From Pseudovirgaria hyperparasitica (lineage: Eukaryota): a DNA stretch of 64,000 nt. The stretch is from the NCBI GenBank assembly GCA_010093815.1, contig ML996568.1, one strand, 5' to 3'. The notes under the pieces are model-generated. The model did no database searches, was not told the DNA's origin, and was given only the letters and a program-made list of their open reading frames with translations. The position numbers were made by a program, and so were the translations under genes. Within the stretch, counting starts at the first letter, position 1. Each line of letters opens with the position of its first letter. This document shows, piece after piece, positions 51,108 to 64,000 of this stretch.

Positions 51108-51612
51108 AACTGAGTGAATGGTTGGTATGTTGGTTTTCGATCCCCGGGTACAAAGCGCAAGATTCCTGTCTTCATTGAACTTCTGCTATGACACGATCTT
51201 CTTAGCATCCATGGATGCCAGTGTTGTTCTGTGCGCCAGCCACCTGGACTTCTGCCGTTCTAGTAGCTTGGCTTAGCTCGGCCGGAGTAACGTAGCTTCA
51301 TAACAGCATGATCGTCGCAGCGTCATTCAGAACACGCAGGTGCAGAGAGGAAATCGGTAGTCGTCATTCGCACTACACGGTTAGTGTGGAATGAGGGTTT
51401 ACTACAACAAACTCGCGCGATATCGATGGCTTTCAGAGTGTGAGATTGTGGTATGAGTAAGAGTCGATCAAGTGTATGCTAGACTCTCTAAGATAATCTT
51501 CTCAAGGGTATAATGCTAGAACAAAGAAAATGCTGACATGGGACAATCGTCACGGCAACGAAATTAGAGGACAAGAAAGGCAACTAACGTTACATCGTCG
51601 CTGCAACCCATC

Positions 51613-52955
51613 CTATCGTTGAAACGCTTCTAGAGTCATCTGCCTCTTGCGAGGTCGATTTGTCTGCTGATAGGATCTCTTTTGGGGAGAACTGGTCGCG
51701 AGGAGTTCTCGACTACCATACTTGCTTGCACGAAGACCATACTCATTCTTACCAGCAATGTCGAGGTAAGTATACGCATCCATCTTGTAGTAGATGCCGC
51801 GATCGGAGTTCACAAGGTTAAGATCAATGAGCTCATGCATGACTTTGAGAATGTCTTCCATATCGTTGAAGTCCTTGGTGTAGACACAAATGAGTCGACC
51901 ATTATTTGTATCTGTGTCTGGTCCGATGGTTCCTACCTTCGCAGCACATCCAAGACGATTGTCTGCCACGCCCTCTGCGACAAGTCGCCATGTGCGCGGT
52001 AAGTCCTCAGAGTTAGGAAACAACATCCACTGTACTGATTAGCATATGCTCTGAACCCCAAGTCAACAGCGTAGCCTCACCTTTCCACTCAATACGCCAT
52101 ATTCTCTAGCGAGTCTTTCAATGTCATCTCGCAATTCCTCTCTCAAGGGCGCTATTTTACGTGAGATGGTAGCCTGACCTTTACCCTGATTTGAGGTTAC
52201 AATTTCTTCGCAGTCAGACGTAAACTTGGCCAAGGATTTGCGACCGAGTTCTTGGAATTTGGGCACATCCATGTGATCATCGATCCGGCGCTGATGAGGG
52301 TTTTCGATCCATATCCATGGTCCGACATCTTCGATTCGACTTGAGACCGGTAATCGCTGAGTGAATTCCGCGATGCTCTCGTGGAGTTGCCGGGCGTCAG
52401 CGTCACCCTCCCTTCTATTGAAAAGCTTGGGAGTATCGCTAGAAGGCGATGGAAATTGCGGTGTCGTTCTCTTCGGCAACTTTGTGAGATCAATGACATG
52501 CTCCCGAGAGCCAACCGCGAAGTACTTTGACTTCTCACCAGTTTCAGCAACATGGGGCGATGCTGCCGTTGACTGCATTTCCTCATCTCTCTTCTCGCGC
52601 GCAACTTCTTCAGCTGCAGCCTTACCTTTTGCAGCGAGGACATTAGGATCTCGATGCCGGTATTTCCACTGCGGGCTCTTGAGTGGGTTTCGCGCAGCGC
52701 ATTCGGCTTCAAGGCGCTCTTTAGTCTCATCGTCACCTGAAGGGCAGTTTAGCTCAACACTCATAAATCAGCTCGTTGAGGTAGACTTCAGGTCTCAGAG
52801 CTGGACGGCTAGAGTGAAGGTCCCTATCCATAGAGGCAATTGAGTCTGAACAGAGTTGTTTTGAATATACGTGGAAAGAAATACTCACCCAAGAAGCTCG
52901 ACTCATCAGAGATATATCCCTCCCATTCTACAAAATCATTCGCCTCAAAAGCCAT
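51613..52955 (-). CDS. DUF1917/UPF0696 (BLES03, eIF4E-like fold) protein
   Basis: Exon 1 MAFEAND..ISDESSFL|G, intron ~52888-52737. Then PWIWIENP, GVLSGK|WMLF, GCAAKV, RLICVYTKDF and IYYKMDAYTYLDI. Confidence 0.85.
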
Positions 52956-53319
52956 CTTGAGTTGATTGGCATGAGATCTAGAAGCTCAGATGTTCATGCA
53001 GGAGAAGTGAGAAGAGTGTATGATGGGAAGATCGACTGATCCGAAAAGGCAGAGGAGTCACGTCAAGGCGGTAGGGCGCAGCAGAAAGCGTGTCGTCTCG
53101 TGACTTCATGTTTGCTCAGCGTGTCTAGATCAATGATAATATAAAGTCATTGGGAATTATTAGTTCTATCAAAGAGCTATAGTTGGGCGTCAATACAGAT
53201 GTGACCATGTTACTTCTAGATTGGGGTGTCATATTACAGCCTGTGCCTAATTCACTTTTACCATCGTATGCCTTCGTCCATTCACCTCGACTAACCGAGC
53301 GCCCAACCATCACTGCCGT

Positions 53320-55729
53320 CTACAGTTTGACAGGGGTAGCCAATTGAAAAGTCTGCTCAGTACCCTCAAGCAATACCCACAGCGTCAACGGATCACTTCC
53401 AAGCTGTTCCGGAGTTGCTGACCCCTGGCTCTGGACAGGACCCGGAAACGTTACAGGAATGCGTGCCGTACAGGTACTTACCAGCGCCGAGACCGTCACA
53501 CTTACGATGGATGTCCCAGCCGCATCATAGTTATAAGTCATACCATAGTTGCATTGGTCGCGCGCCATACGATCGAGGAAAGATTGGACTAGATCGTCGT
53601 GCTTGGTGCTGATGATGGGCCATGTGACGCTACAGAACAGAGTCAGTGAGATTGTATAGTCCAAGTAGTAGTGAGAGCTCTTCTTAGTTCTTCACACTGT
53701 GTCGAGGACAACTTACAGCTTCGTCATCTCACCTAACACAACCTCTACCCATATTTGCAACAAGCTTCTCTTTGCACTGACTCCATTTACAACGCTATTC
53801 GCTACATCTGTCTGCCTGAGATTCGCTTGATGGAACATGAATGCGTCGTGTCGGAGGGCCAGCAGGTTGCGAACATTAGTCGAGCGAGTCTGCTCGATCA
53901 GTTGGTCCCAAGTGCCGTCAGGTTTGGACACAAATTGCCAGAGAGCAAGATCACAGTCCTGAGTATCGCAATTGTAGAAGATCTCCGTCGCCCATCGAGG
54001 CATGATGGTGAGACCGGCGTAGCCATTGTCATTTACGTTGGATATAAGTGCTTCGTGTGTGTTAGAAACGCCAGGGAATAAATGATTAGAAATACTTACG
54101 CCAAAATTCGTTCTGCGAGTTGAGCAAACCAGGGCGTGTGTTGTCGCCGACCTTTTTGTACTTTTAGTCTCGCTCGTGATCGAAGGGCCGTGGGACATGT
54201 TTTGCACTCACGACTCCTGTTATGCCGTTGTCCAGCCACGCCTTAATTGCATCTCCATTCCGGAGCCCTGTGATCGCTGGTGGGATGAGTCCCTTCCCTG
54301 ACCACCTCGCCGCCTTGTCAATACCTGTCTGCGCAAACCACGCGCGATTGAACGCAATCTCCTTGGCTGTATCGTTGTATGTTGCGTTCGTTAGATCTAG
54401 ATGTGTGAATGTATGGCTTACATGTGCAAACGCATTCAAGTTTGCTGTGTTGGAAAACCACACTTCGAGGGCATCATATGCCACACATGCCTCTGTATAG
54501 CCATATGTGGCCGGGCGAAGCGGCCAGAAGTCAACACCAGTGCCGAGAGGCTTCTTCCATTCAATTGTGCCAGCAGTTTCATCTGGCTGCTCGGGGTAGT
54601 CGATAGGTCCCGGCAGACAGATGTCATAATGAGTTTCGTCATCTTCAAATTCATCATTCAACTCGATATTACCATTACCGTTATAGCCAAGCTCAACAAA
54701 GTAAGAAGATCCTGCAGGAAGTTTCGCGTTCATTACAGGGATCCAGTCACGGAGGTTGTCTAGATCGGCAGTTCGCACACGGAAAGAGGACGTGTTAGGC
54801 TTGAAGAGCTCAGTGTAAAGGAAGACATCATCAACTGGCTTTACTGTCAGTGCTCACGCAAGACAGAACAACAACATACGTACCTTGAGTATTGAGCTGG
54901 AGGCGGCGGAAACCAGCATCTGCACAGAAGTATAAGTCATGCTCTCGGTTAAGACGCTTCATGACAACTTACAGAGACCCCGGGTTGCCCAGTGTATCCA
55001 TACATGCTGGAGAAAGTTTGAAGTTGGCGACCAATCGGTACTGAAAGGCAAGAACCATAGCATTTGCTGTCGGGTACCAATTCTGTTGATGACTCCTGCC
55101 ACTGTCGCAGATGTATATGGCCCACCTGCGCCAAATTGGGCGAACTCCCATGCAATTGACGGATCAGTGATCTTTGCCGGGTAATGATAAAGGTTTTGCG
55201 AGCTGACAGATGCTGTACTATGTCAAAGTCAGTCCCTGAATTCAAAATTGGTGGTACCATGGTCGACTGACTCTTTTAATCCTGCCGTTGTGAATCCAGT
55301 AGCATTTGTGATGCTGATCAGTTGCTCGACATTCGTATCGCAGCAGCCCGCACCGGCAATTGCATAATCTGTTCCCGACTCCGCGCCCGGGTTTGCATTC
55401 AGTCGAACGAAACGAACGCCAAATGCGGACTGGTATGCGTGGATTTCGTCGACATTGGAAGCAGGGAGAACCTCGTCTAGCATAACGATAGCCCCGAAGT
55501 CACCAACATCCGCTGAGCGGTTCAGGGCCGGGAATGTGTTTGACGTGAGGTATATCCGGTAGGGAATACCATAGCCTTTCAGCCCTGAGACTGCTGAGTT
55601 TGCAACTGTGTTGTCTGGTGCAATTACGAGGACAGTGCTTGCAACGGTGAGCGTTGAAGCGGTCCGGAAAAGTAGGAATAAGATACTAGCAGCCCAGAAA
55701 AGCCGAATCATGCAATGCTCTCTTGACAT
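53320..55729 (-). CDS. Agd3-like secreted alpha-1,4-GalNAc (galactosaminogalactan) deacetylase, CBM87 + CE18
   Basis: Signal peptide, STVLVIA..GLKGYGIPY, GCC, LNTQ|VDDVFL, HVSHTFTH, GLIPPAITGL, GDNTRP, MPRWAT and FMFHQANLR. About six introns preserve the frame. The start could be 55729 or 55711. Confidence 0.87.
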
Positions 55730-57505
55730 ATTCATTATGCAAACGTGTAGGTAAACAGGTGGATGATTTACCAAGTTTGACTGTTGAGAGGCTCATGACT
55801 TATATACCAGGACCCATGAAAAGCGTCAAGATCGGAATACGCAAGCCTTCGATGAAAGCTTGTAGGACCACAACATGTAGACACGGCAGCCTCGCTTCTC
55901 GAAGTTTATCGAAATCCATTTCAGAGGCTGGATCCGCCAAGTGATCCAATGGATGAAGATCCACTACAGCAGGGTTACCTGGAAGACTGAAGGGATGGTT
56001 GCAGTCAACATGTCTGTCGTTGTACGATAATGCCCTGTTGGCCCCTGTCATATTCATGTAGGCTTAATTAAAGCTGGCTGTGAGATGTCGCATTAGGGTG
56101 CTGGTCCAAAAATTATCCTAGCGATACTAGACAAGCCTACACATGGTCGTGAAACAAACCTGACGCAGAGACGGGGAATCTGGATGAAAGAGGAAACTGA
56201 GAAGCATCCAAGACGTGGCCCTGCATGCGTGATCCAGGCGATGTTGCGAGATGATGTTGCGGCCAACACTGATAAATCTCTGTTTGGTATCCAGAAGGGT
56301 CTTGGATACGAGAATTGAGAAGCTGACCATAATAGAGGAACAGGTATGCCAAGTATCTAGGTGCGAGAGACAGGGAGAGAGTCCATACGGAAGACAATTA
56401 CCGTGAGCAATGTGTCTTCTCTGCCATGAAGAAAGCACGAGCCAGTATAAATAATGAGCATGATGGTCATGGATGGATTAGTCTCGCCACATACGGTGTC
56501 AACTTGTCTTTAGTGGGTGCCCCTTTGCCATTGTAAGGTCTGTTGTTGTAAGATACCCATTGGGCTGGTGCTATTTGAGGTGCGGTGCCTTTGCACTCGG
56601 AGTTGGAACGATGAGCACGCACGGTTTAAGCGACCCCAGAGACCCCGGGATCTGCATTCTTCTGGCGAATAGGAAGTTCATGATGCAAGCGGAGCATATT
56701 TATTGAAGATATCAAAAGTCCCGACGACCAGTGCACAGCATACGCCACCAATGAGGCTGAGATAAATCATGAGCAGATTCGGATATCATGACAAGGGATA
56801 ACAAACTGTCAAGATGGTGGCGACGGCGGTCATGTAAAATTATGCTGGTAATTAGAACGCATAACATCATTCAAGTCAGAGAAATGCGGAAGATGGAAGA
56901 GAGAGCTGGAAGCAAGGTTGGGCTCCTTAGGCAGCTAGGCAGTCCAGTCAGCACGCTAAGCACTTAGAGACTAGTGCCGGTAGCGGGAAGGAGCCAGCCG
57001 CGTGACGATGAATGCTGCTGCTGATCAAATCACCAGTTCGATTCCCGGGTTTGCCGTTCTCTCCCGATGGCGATGGAATGAATAATGTATTGCACGTGGC
57101 AGTTGGTCGTCTTATTATGAGGAGAGTTGCTGAAGCTTTCACGTTCCCTTCACCTACAGCTGTCCTACGACTCCCTTATATATTCCCTGCGACGTGATAT
57201 GTGTGGCAACATACCTATGCCTACCCTTGGCCCCGCGTCTCTATCGGATCGTATTATCGTGTAGCTTCCCCGCCAGCGCATCATCCCCGCCTTTTGACTG
57301 TTTACCGCTACTTGACTTCTCATTCACTTCGAGGCTGGCCGTCGTAGAGAGGGAGACATCGCGTCTTGCTGTACCTTCTGAGCCTCAACTCTATCAATAG
57401 TGAAGATCGTCGACGTACGCCTCAAGCTTCGCGCGTTGCGCCCGCAATAATGCTAACCACTGATATCTAACAACACCACAGAAAGCATAACCACAGCGAA
57501 CAACG

Positions 57506-58198
57506 ATGCCATACACCTCCCCGCCAATCGTCTTCCCACTTTACCTCTTCCCCTCCATTCCCTTCCGCCGCCGCCGCTCCTCAGCGTCCACGACGCTCAG
57601 CGCATCGCCCTCTTCCAGCTCATCGACCTCTCCGCCCTCGTCTCCAAGCAGTCTCTCCTCGAGCACATCCTACCTACGCTGTTCACGCTGCCTGTCTGAT
57701 CTCGTACAGACCTCCGCAATAATATCCAAAGGCTTCAACGGACGTCACGGCCGCGCGTACCTCGTGTCATCGCCTGACTCGTACCGGGAAACCCCCTTGC
57801 GAAGCACGTCTGGTCTGCCTAATACACACACGCACAAGCCTGTCCCACGCAATCTCGTTACGGGACACCATATGGTGGCTGATATTTCATGCGCCATATG
57901 TGGGCAGGTCCTCGGGTGGAAGTACGTTGAGGCGGCGGATGAAAGCCAGCGCTACAAGATTGGGAAGTATATATTGGAGACGAAGAGGATTGTGAAGGGG
58001 GTGTGCTGGGGAGAGGATGCCGCAGAGAAGGAAGATCGCAGTCGAGCGACAGGAGAGTGTGGAGACGTCGAATTCGATAGTGCCGACGAAGATGAGTGCG
58101 ATGCACTGTTTGCGGGAACTTGGAGCTCTGAGGAGGCAGGGCGGAGGAGAGCGCGCAAGGGAATGCGACGGGATGTGTTCGAAGATGATTTATTCTGA
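57506..58198 (+). CDS. Yippee/Moh1-family zinc-binding protein
   Basis: CSRC..IISKGFNGRHGRAYL..LVTGHHMVADISCAIC..LGWKY..QRYKIGKYILE; probable 5'UTR intron ~57415-57481. Confidence 0.9.
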   Translation: MPYTSPPIVFPLYLFPSIPFRRRRSSASTTLSASPSSSSSTSPPSSPSSLSSSTSYLRCSRCLSDLVQTSAIISKGFNGRHGRAYLVSSPDSYRETPLRSTSGLPNTHTHKPVPRNLVTGHHMVADISCAICGQVLGWKYVEAADESQRYKIGKYILETKRIVKGVCWGEDAAEKEDRSRATGECGDVEFDSADEDECDALFAGTWSSEEAGRRRARKGMRRDVFEDDLF

Positions 58199-58518
58199 GG
58201 CACGCACTCGACAAGGCACATGGATGGCCTTCAGATGTGGATCTGACGATGAGTGGCTCGGATACGGAGTTCTGGATTGGCGCTGTGAAGGAGTCGATTT
58301 TTTATTACGCATGATACCCCTTCCGCAACACATAACGTTAATTCTAATTTGACATGCTACGTGCCATTGCAACTTTGTCATCGGCCTCTGCTGCACTCAT
58401 CGCTCGATTCATTCTACCGTGGCTGAATTGGCTGAACGAGCTCGAAAATCATTTCATATGTATGAATCCACGACAGGTGACTTGGGTGTATGAACCAACT
58501 TAATGTTCAAAGAGGTCA

Positions 58519-58825
58519 TTACTTCGCCTGACTCTGCAACCGACGGAATATCTCTTCTAAGCTTTGGTTCTGGGCATTGCCTTGAGATTGTGAATGTGGC
58601 TGATTCTGCGACAAGTGTTGTGGTGGCTGACGGTGCTCTTGTCGTGGGTGCTGTTGCGCTGGAGGACTTTGGCTTTTCTGTAGCTGGGCAAGAAGAGCTT
58701 GGAAATTGATATCATTCGGGCTAAGTGGAAGGGGACTTTGCTGTTGCTGGTGTTGCTGTTGCTGGTGTTGCTGTTGCCATTGTTGTGTGTAGTTTGGGAA
58801 CTGGAAAGGCGGCTGTCTTTGTTCC

Positions 58826-58856
<31 letters not shown>

Positions 58857-60813
58857 CTCGTTGCTGCTGCGGGTGTTGCTGCTGAGTGGGACGCTCTGAG
58901 CGTTGGAAAGCTTGCCGCTGATTCGGGAAAAAGTTAGGATTTACGAACGAACCTGGAGGGGGCACTGTCCCAGAGGATAACATTGGAGGTGGAGGCGGTG
59001 GGAATGGGTAGGGAGATTGGCCAGAATTCGCGAAATTCGGAAAGCTCGGAAAGCTCGGAAAACTCGATGCTTGCAATGTTGAATGCTGATTTGTTGTAAT
59101 CGGTATAGGGGGAGAAGGGTATGACGGCGTCTGGGGGGAGCTGGTCCGGATCTGCGAGATTCCATTCCGTGACTCGTTCCGTATGTCTTTGCTTTGGCTG
59201 TGCAAGTGCGGCTCATGCTTTCTGTCAACTCGCTTCCGATCTGGAGAGCTACGTTTGTGCTGTTGCTTGCCTCCTCGGTCATTTCTACCCCCTCTATCAT
59301 CGTGACCCCTACTACCGCGACCTCTGTCTCCACGACTCCTATCTCCCCGACCTCTATCTCCACGGCTGCGTTGCGAACCTCCACGATCGCTACGTTGTGG
59401 AGACGGCTTCCAATTCTCTCGTACATTTCCTGCCTGTACTCCGACCATTGAGCTAAAGTCTGTCGGCCGCGTGAGAGGTGTATACATGTCCTCTTCGTCG
59501 TCATAATTAAGTGATGACGTAACAGTTCCTGACGGGACTTTGGCGCTATAGTCGTCGTTCGATAGACCGTAATTCTTATCACCAGCTTTGTCTCCTCTTG
59601 CGACCCGTCTTGCTTGTTTGATGTTACGTTTATAGGCCGCCTCTTGCTCGTCGTCTGAGAATTCGATTTCATCTTCTAATACCTCTTCATCGTGCACGTT
59701 GGACGCATCAGTGCCCTTAACTGCCTTCAATGGCTCTGTAAAGACGTATGTTGACAACTGGTTCACATAGTACACAATTGTCCCTTCCTTGATACCTGCA
59801 TCTACAATATCTGCTGCAGTTGGAAAGCCGACTGAGTATAAAGGACCCTGAACGGGCCCTATAGGCTCGTTGACTGCGCCGATGAGGGTTCGATCCTGCG
59901 AACACAAGATCGATCCAGACTCAAGAACTTGATACTCGCCTGATGTGAACCCGGCGACGAGTATGAGGTTTCCCACCACGTGTCTAACCTTACCGAGCTC
60001 AGTGATTTGCATGTCTTGCGTTATTGTAACGTCAGGCTTCGTAAATTGCTCGTCTGGTATCTCATTCGCCGTCTTTGGAGCTATTGCGGTTTGTTTTGCG
60101 TCTCCATCTTCCGGCTCTTCCCTCATCAGTATGCGAGCTTGTTCGGCAGGGCTCAATAGTGGATAGTCCTCGGAATCGTCTGAATCGTCTGAATCGGAGC
60201 TTGAGCCTGATGAAGTAGAATCACCAGACGACTCAGGGTTAGAATCCAGCTCCCATTCTGCATTGTCATCACCCTTTAAAGCTTGGCCCGCGCGAACAAA
60301 CTCTTCATCGATGACAGGCTTCTCGACCAATTCAGCTGGCTCTTTTGTAGTGGGTGTGTTTCCTTTTTGCTCTTCTTTGTCCACATTCATCGTGTCTAAT
60401 ACTGACGGAGAGGTAGATGAGCTGAGTCCCGGAAGATTGCTCGCTGGCTGGAGCGCTCTGGGTGCGTGCCCCGTCTCAGTAACTTCCACGGCGGCATCAA
60501 GTGTATTTTTGGACTCGGGGACCCTTGACAGATTACCATCCTGATTTGGAGGCAGCTCAGCATTATCAACATGTTCTGGTTCGATGTACATCGGCGCTTT
60601 GATTCCCGTATTGGCGGCTGGAAGGCTCCCTAGCCCAGGAAGTTGAGTCGGCGCAGTTGTCAATTCAGGGATTGCAGTCTGCGCTGTAGATGAGACATGA
60701 ACAAGTAAGTCTGCATTTGGCTGCTCAGGTGTGTCGTATAGATCATCACCCTCATCCATGTACTCTGGGTCTGGAGTTTCTGCTCGTGGCGAAGCTTTCT
60801 GTAAATTCTCCAT
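58519..60813 (-). CDS. NAF1: H/ACA snoRNP assembly factor Naf1
   Basis: PKTANE, Gar1-like domain (VLESGS..IGAVNEPIGPVQGPLYSV), KGTDASNVHDEEV..EFSDDEQE, RG-rich and polyQ C-terminus. Confidence 0.9.
58826..58856 (-). repeat. (CAA)~10 polyglutamine-coding repeat in NAF1
   Basis: TTG repeats on the + strand. Confidence 0.9.
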
Positions 60814-61098
60814 ACTTTTGAGCACGGCTGGGTATCGGTAGAGACTGCAGCCCGTGATAGCGACTATAGCAATACGACAGGACTCATCACTGGTAGTGAG
60901 ATAGTAGAGAAAGTTAGTAGGACTGAGTACTACATAAGTTGCGATTCGGCCTAATTATCGAAAAAAAAGTAGTCGGGCACTTCTGTACCGACGTCAGAGC
61001 TTTTCTTGGCAGCATCTCAGCCCTACGAACAACGGCAAGCAACTAATAGTTCTGCCGACATGAATCACTTTTTGTCCTCACACGTGTCATGCCTGAAG

Positions 61099-63044
61099 AT
61101 GGCCCCAAAAGAAGGAATCAAAAGTGCGACTCGCGTGAATAAAGACAGGGACGTGACTGAAGCTGTCAGGGGCATCCGTCAGTAAGTGAACCCTATGTAT
61201 GCTGCTTGCCATCTCGATCCTGACGCGCCTCAGTGCTGATGGCTCACCATCACCAGGGCTGGACCATGGTGTCGCATTCTGCATCTTCCTAGCTGTAAAT
61301 GCTGCAGCAGCGCTCTTTGCGCCCATTCAAGACTGTGATGAAGTCTTCAATTACTGGGAGCCTACTCACTATCTCAATCACGGCTATGGCCTACAGACAT
61401 GGGAATATTCCCCTGACTATGCCATCCGAAGCTGGTTTTACTCGGGCCTTCATGCCAGCGTCATTAGCATCTTACAGTTGCTATCTGTTACCAAGCATGT
61501 CGAGTTCTATTTTCTTCGCCTCGTGTTCGCATTCGTTTGCGCGCTTTGCGAAACGCGTCTCTACGAAGTCATCCAGAAGACGGTGAATTGGAGGGTCGCT
61601 CTATTTTTCCTTATAATTATCGTGACTAGTCCTGGCATGTTCCATTCCTCGACTGCATATCTACCGTCCACATTTGCTATGTACACGACCATGCTTGGAG
61701 TGTCTTCATTCATGGACTGGAGAGATGGCCTACGGACAGCTCAGGGTATCATGTGGTTCGCCGTTGGAGCCTGTGTAGGTTGGCCATTTGCAGGGGCTCT
61801 GATACTGCCATTCATACTAGAAGAGTTCCTACTTGCTTTCGTTAGCAGCAGCGGCATTGGAGTCTTCACCCGACTGCTTGACGGGGCAGTCCGATCGCTG
61901 CTTGTTTTGGTGGGTGCTCATATGCATTATCGGTTAGCCACGATTGACTTCTTGTAGGCACTCCAAGTCGCTATAGATACATGGTTCTACCGAAAACTCA
62001 CCATTGTGCCGTGGAACATCGTCGACTATAACGTCTTATCCAATCAAGAAAAAGGCCCCAATATTTATGGTACAGAACCATGGCATTTCTATGGTCGAAA
62101 CCTGCTCATCAATTTCAATGTGTGGTTTGTGTTTGCTTTATTGTCATGCCCGTTACTACTATGGCAGCATCTGACTCGGCGCCAAAAAATATCCAACATG
62201 ACTATCCTGCGGGCGTTCGTCTTCGTCAGTCCCTTCTACCTATGGCTCGGCATCTTTACACTCCAGCCACACAAGGAAGAACGGTTTATGTATCCTGTTT
62301 ATCCAGCTCTGGCGCTCAATGCTGCTATGTCGCTACATATTGTGCTTTCCTACATCGGTAGTACGGATCCGCGAGACCTTGCCAGCAAAGTTCCAGCAAG
62401 TGTGAAGTTTGGTCTCGTCAGCATATTCATGCTAGGTGCTTTGGACCTGGGTGTTCTCCGAACCCTGAGCTTGGCAACTGGCTACGCAGCTCCACTCCAG
62501 GTTTACAGTCCCTTGCGTTCTCCTGGTGTGGCACTGCCAGGCGACAGTATTTGTTTAGGCAAGGAGTGGTACAGATTTCCCTCGTCATACCACATGCCAG
62601 ATGGCGTCAAAGCCAAGTTCGTGAAGAGCGAATTCAGCGGTCTTTTGCCTGGGGAGTTCCACCAGACCGACGCGGACTCCGGGTTCTATCCTGCGACATG
62701 GCAGGTGCCGTCTGGGATGAATGATAGGAACGAAGAAGATTTAGGAAAATACGTAAGTTACCTTGAGGCTGAATGTGACCAGGGCTCACAAGCCATAGAT
62801 CGATATCGCGCAGTGCAAGTTCATGGTAGATTCTAGCTTTCCAAGCACCGTGCCATCTGAACTTGAGCCCAACTATATTGAGCAGACAGACACCTGGGAG
62901 GCTCTGAAGTGTGAGGCTTTTCTAGACAGTGCAAGCACTGGCATCTTAGGACGACTTTTATATGTCCCAGATTGGCCTATCGTTCCGGAACGGTTACGTA
63001 GACGATGGGGTACCTATTGCCTGCTACGCAGAAGAGGTTCCTGA
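61099..63044 (+). CDS. ALG9: Alpha-1,2-mannosyltransferase Alg9 (GT22)
   Basis: APIQDCDEVFNYWEP, QTWEYSP..IRSW, YLPSTF, GWPF, NIVDYN, YGTEPW, PHKEERFMYP and GKEWYRFPSS; three introns. An alternative in-frame ATG lies at 61060. Confidence 0.95.
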
Positions 63045-63465
63045 ACCACGTCACATTCTTCATTATTGGGTATTCTAAAACTAGGACACGAGCAAAGAAT
63101 AATAGCTACTCGTGTTTGCAGCAATGACTGTCGCGGAGCTTCCACCCGAGCATCTCAGCACTATCATCTCCCAATCGGGAAAAATGGTCCGGCACACCAA
63201 GCTTCGGACAGGACCCATCTACTGCCAAGCTACCCACAGAAAGGGTGTGGCTCATGTAGAGCAACTGCAACTATTTTGTGAGCTGTAATGACATATACAA
63301 GGAAGTTCATATGTGATAAGTGTATATGCTCCAGAAGTTCCCGCAGTATATAGTCTTACGCCTTGAAGTCAACGTGCTCTGGCTGTGTCACCTGTCAGAC
63401 TCCCTACTCTGTTCTGTTTCTTTCTCTTTACACAAAACCCTACTCAACAGAGCTGGGCATAGATC

Positions 63466-64000
63466 ATGGGTTATACGAAACTTTCAAGAAATGTCATCTA
63501 TCGACTGCAAGAAATCCTCGCTCACCGCCCACGGGAAATCATATATCTCATCTTCATCCTCATAATCATCGTCTGGGCTGCAGCACCCGTCATCCGTCGC
63601 CAGCTCAAGCAAAACTCGCCAAGTCGCCCCGGCACTCCTGATCTGGAGAGGCATCGCATAGACAAAGGCGGTTTGTTACCCATCACCCAGTACCCCTTCA
63701 ATCTGACCACTCTCAAGGCAATTCAAACTTCAAACGCCCGGTCGCCGCCCCCTATCCCGACTGGTCAATCACGCACACTAAACCCCTATCATACCGTCCC
63801 TTCCGTCATGGCCCTAAGTACTACATAACGATGGGCCTGCGCAGCATGCACTGGGACGAATGGATTGAGCTCGACAATGAGTTCATCAAGTTCCACGCAC
63901 AGAAAGCAGAGCGCATCGCCGCACGTGGCAAGAAATGCTGCCATACCGCCCCGGACGCGTACGACGGTGCGATCGAGCTGCTCGAGGAGCTATGCAGCTA
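63466..64000 (+). CDS. DUF3445 (HRQ / heme-dependent oxidative N-demethylase alpha-like) protein with N-terminal TM; runs off the window
   Basis: TM-bearing exon 1 and intron 63671-63717, then FKRPVAAPYPDW..TKPLSYRPFRHGPKYYITMGLRSMHWDEWIELDN..ELLEELCSY. Confidence 0.82.

Noticed and set aside
57030..57050. GTTCGATTCCC tRNA T-loop-like motif
   Set aside because: The T-stem does not pair and there is no cloverleaf or A box.

Overview
Gene-dense, intron-containing genomic DNA from a filamentous ascomycete (Pezizomycotina; the species cannot be determined from sequence alone). It is eukaryotic, so most GTG/TTG-started ORFs in the supplied track are spurious or are exon fragments. About 22 spliced protein-coding genes can be reconstructed. 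In order: DPH7 (partial), LPD1, an Rco1-like double-PHD protein, PA2G4/Cdb4, VAC7, arginase, a hypothetical protein, a secreted N/Q-rich repeat protein, SGD1/NOM1, SRP14, DOPA 4,5-dioxygenase, cytosolic AsnRS, an Ace2/Swi5-like transcription factor, ubiquitin-S27a, PRI1, allantoinase, a fungal transcription-factor-like protein without a Zn cluster, a DUF1917 protein, an Agd3-like CE18 deacetylase, a Yippee/Moh1 protein, NAF1, ALG9 and a DUF3445 protein (partial). I found no tRNA, rRNA, transposon or CRISPR array and no clear-cut novel multi-gene system. The best leads are: the secreted protein with N/Q tracts and GQNADQ hexapeptide repeats; an intact Agd3 homologue outside any galactosaminogalactan cluster; a ~900-nt ATG-free leader carrying a long non-AUG frame ahead of an uncharacterised gene; and a 20-bp-period CGG array in the adjoining 7.5-kb gene-poor region. 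Family assignments come from motif recognition, not database searches. Exon boundaries were read by eye and may be off by a few nt.
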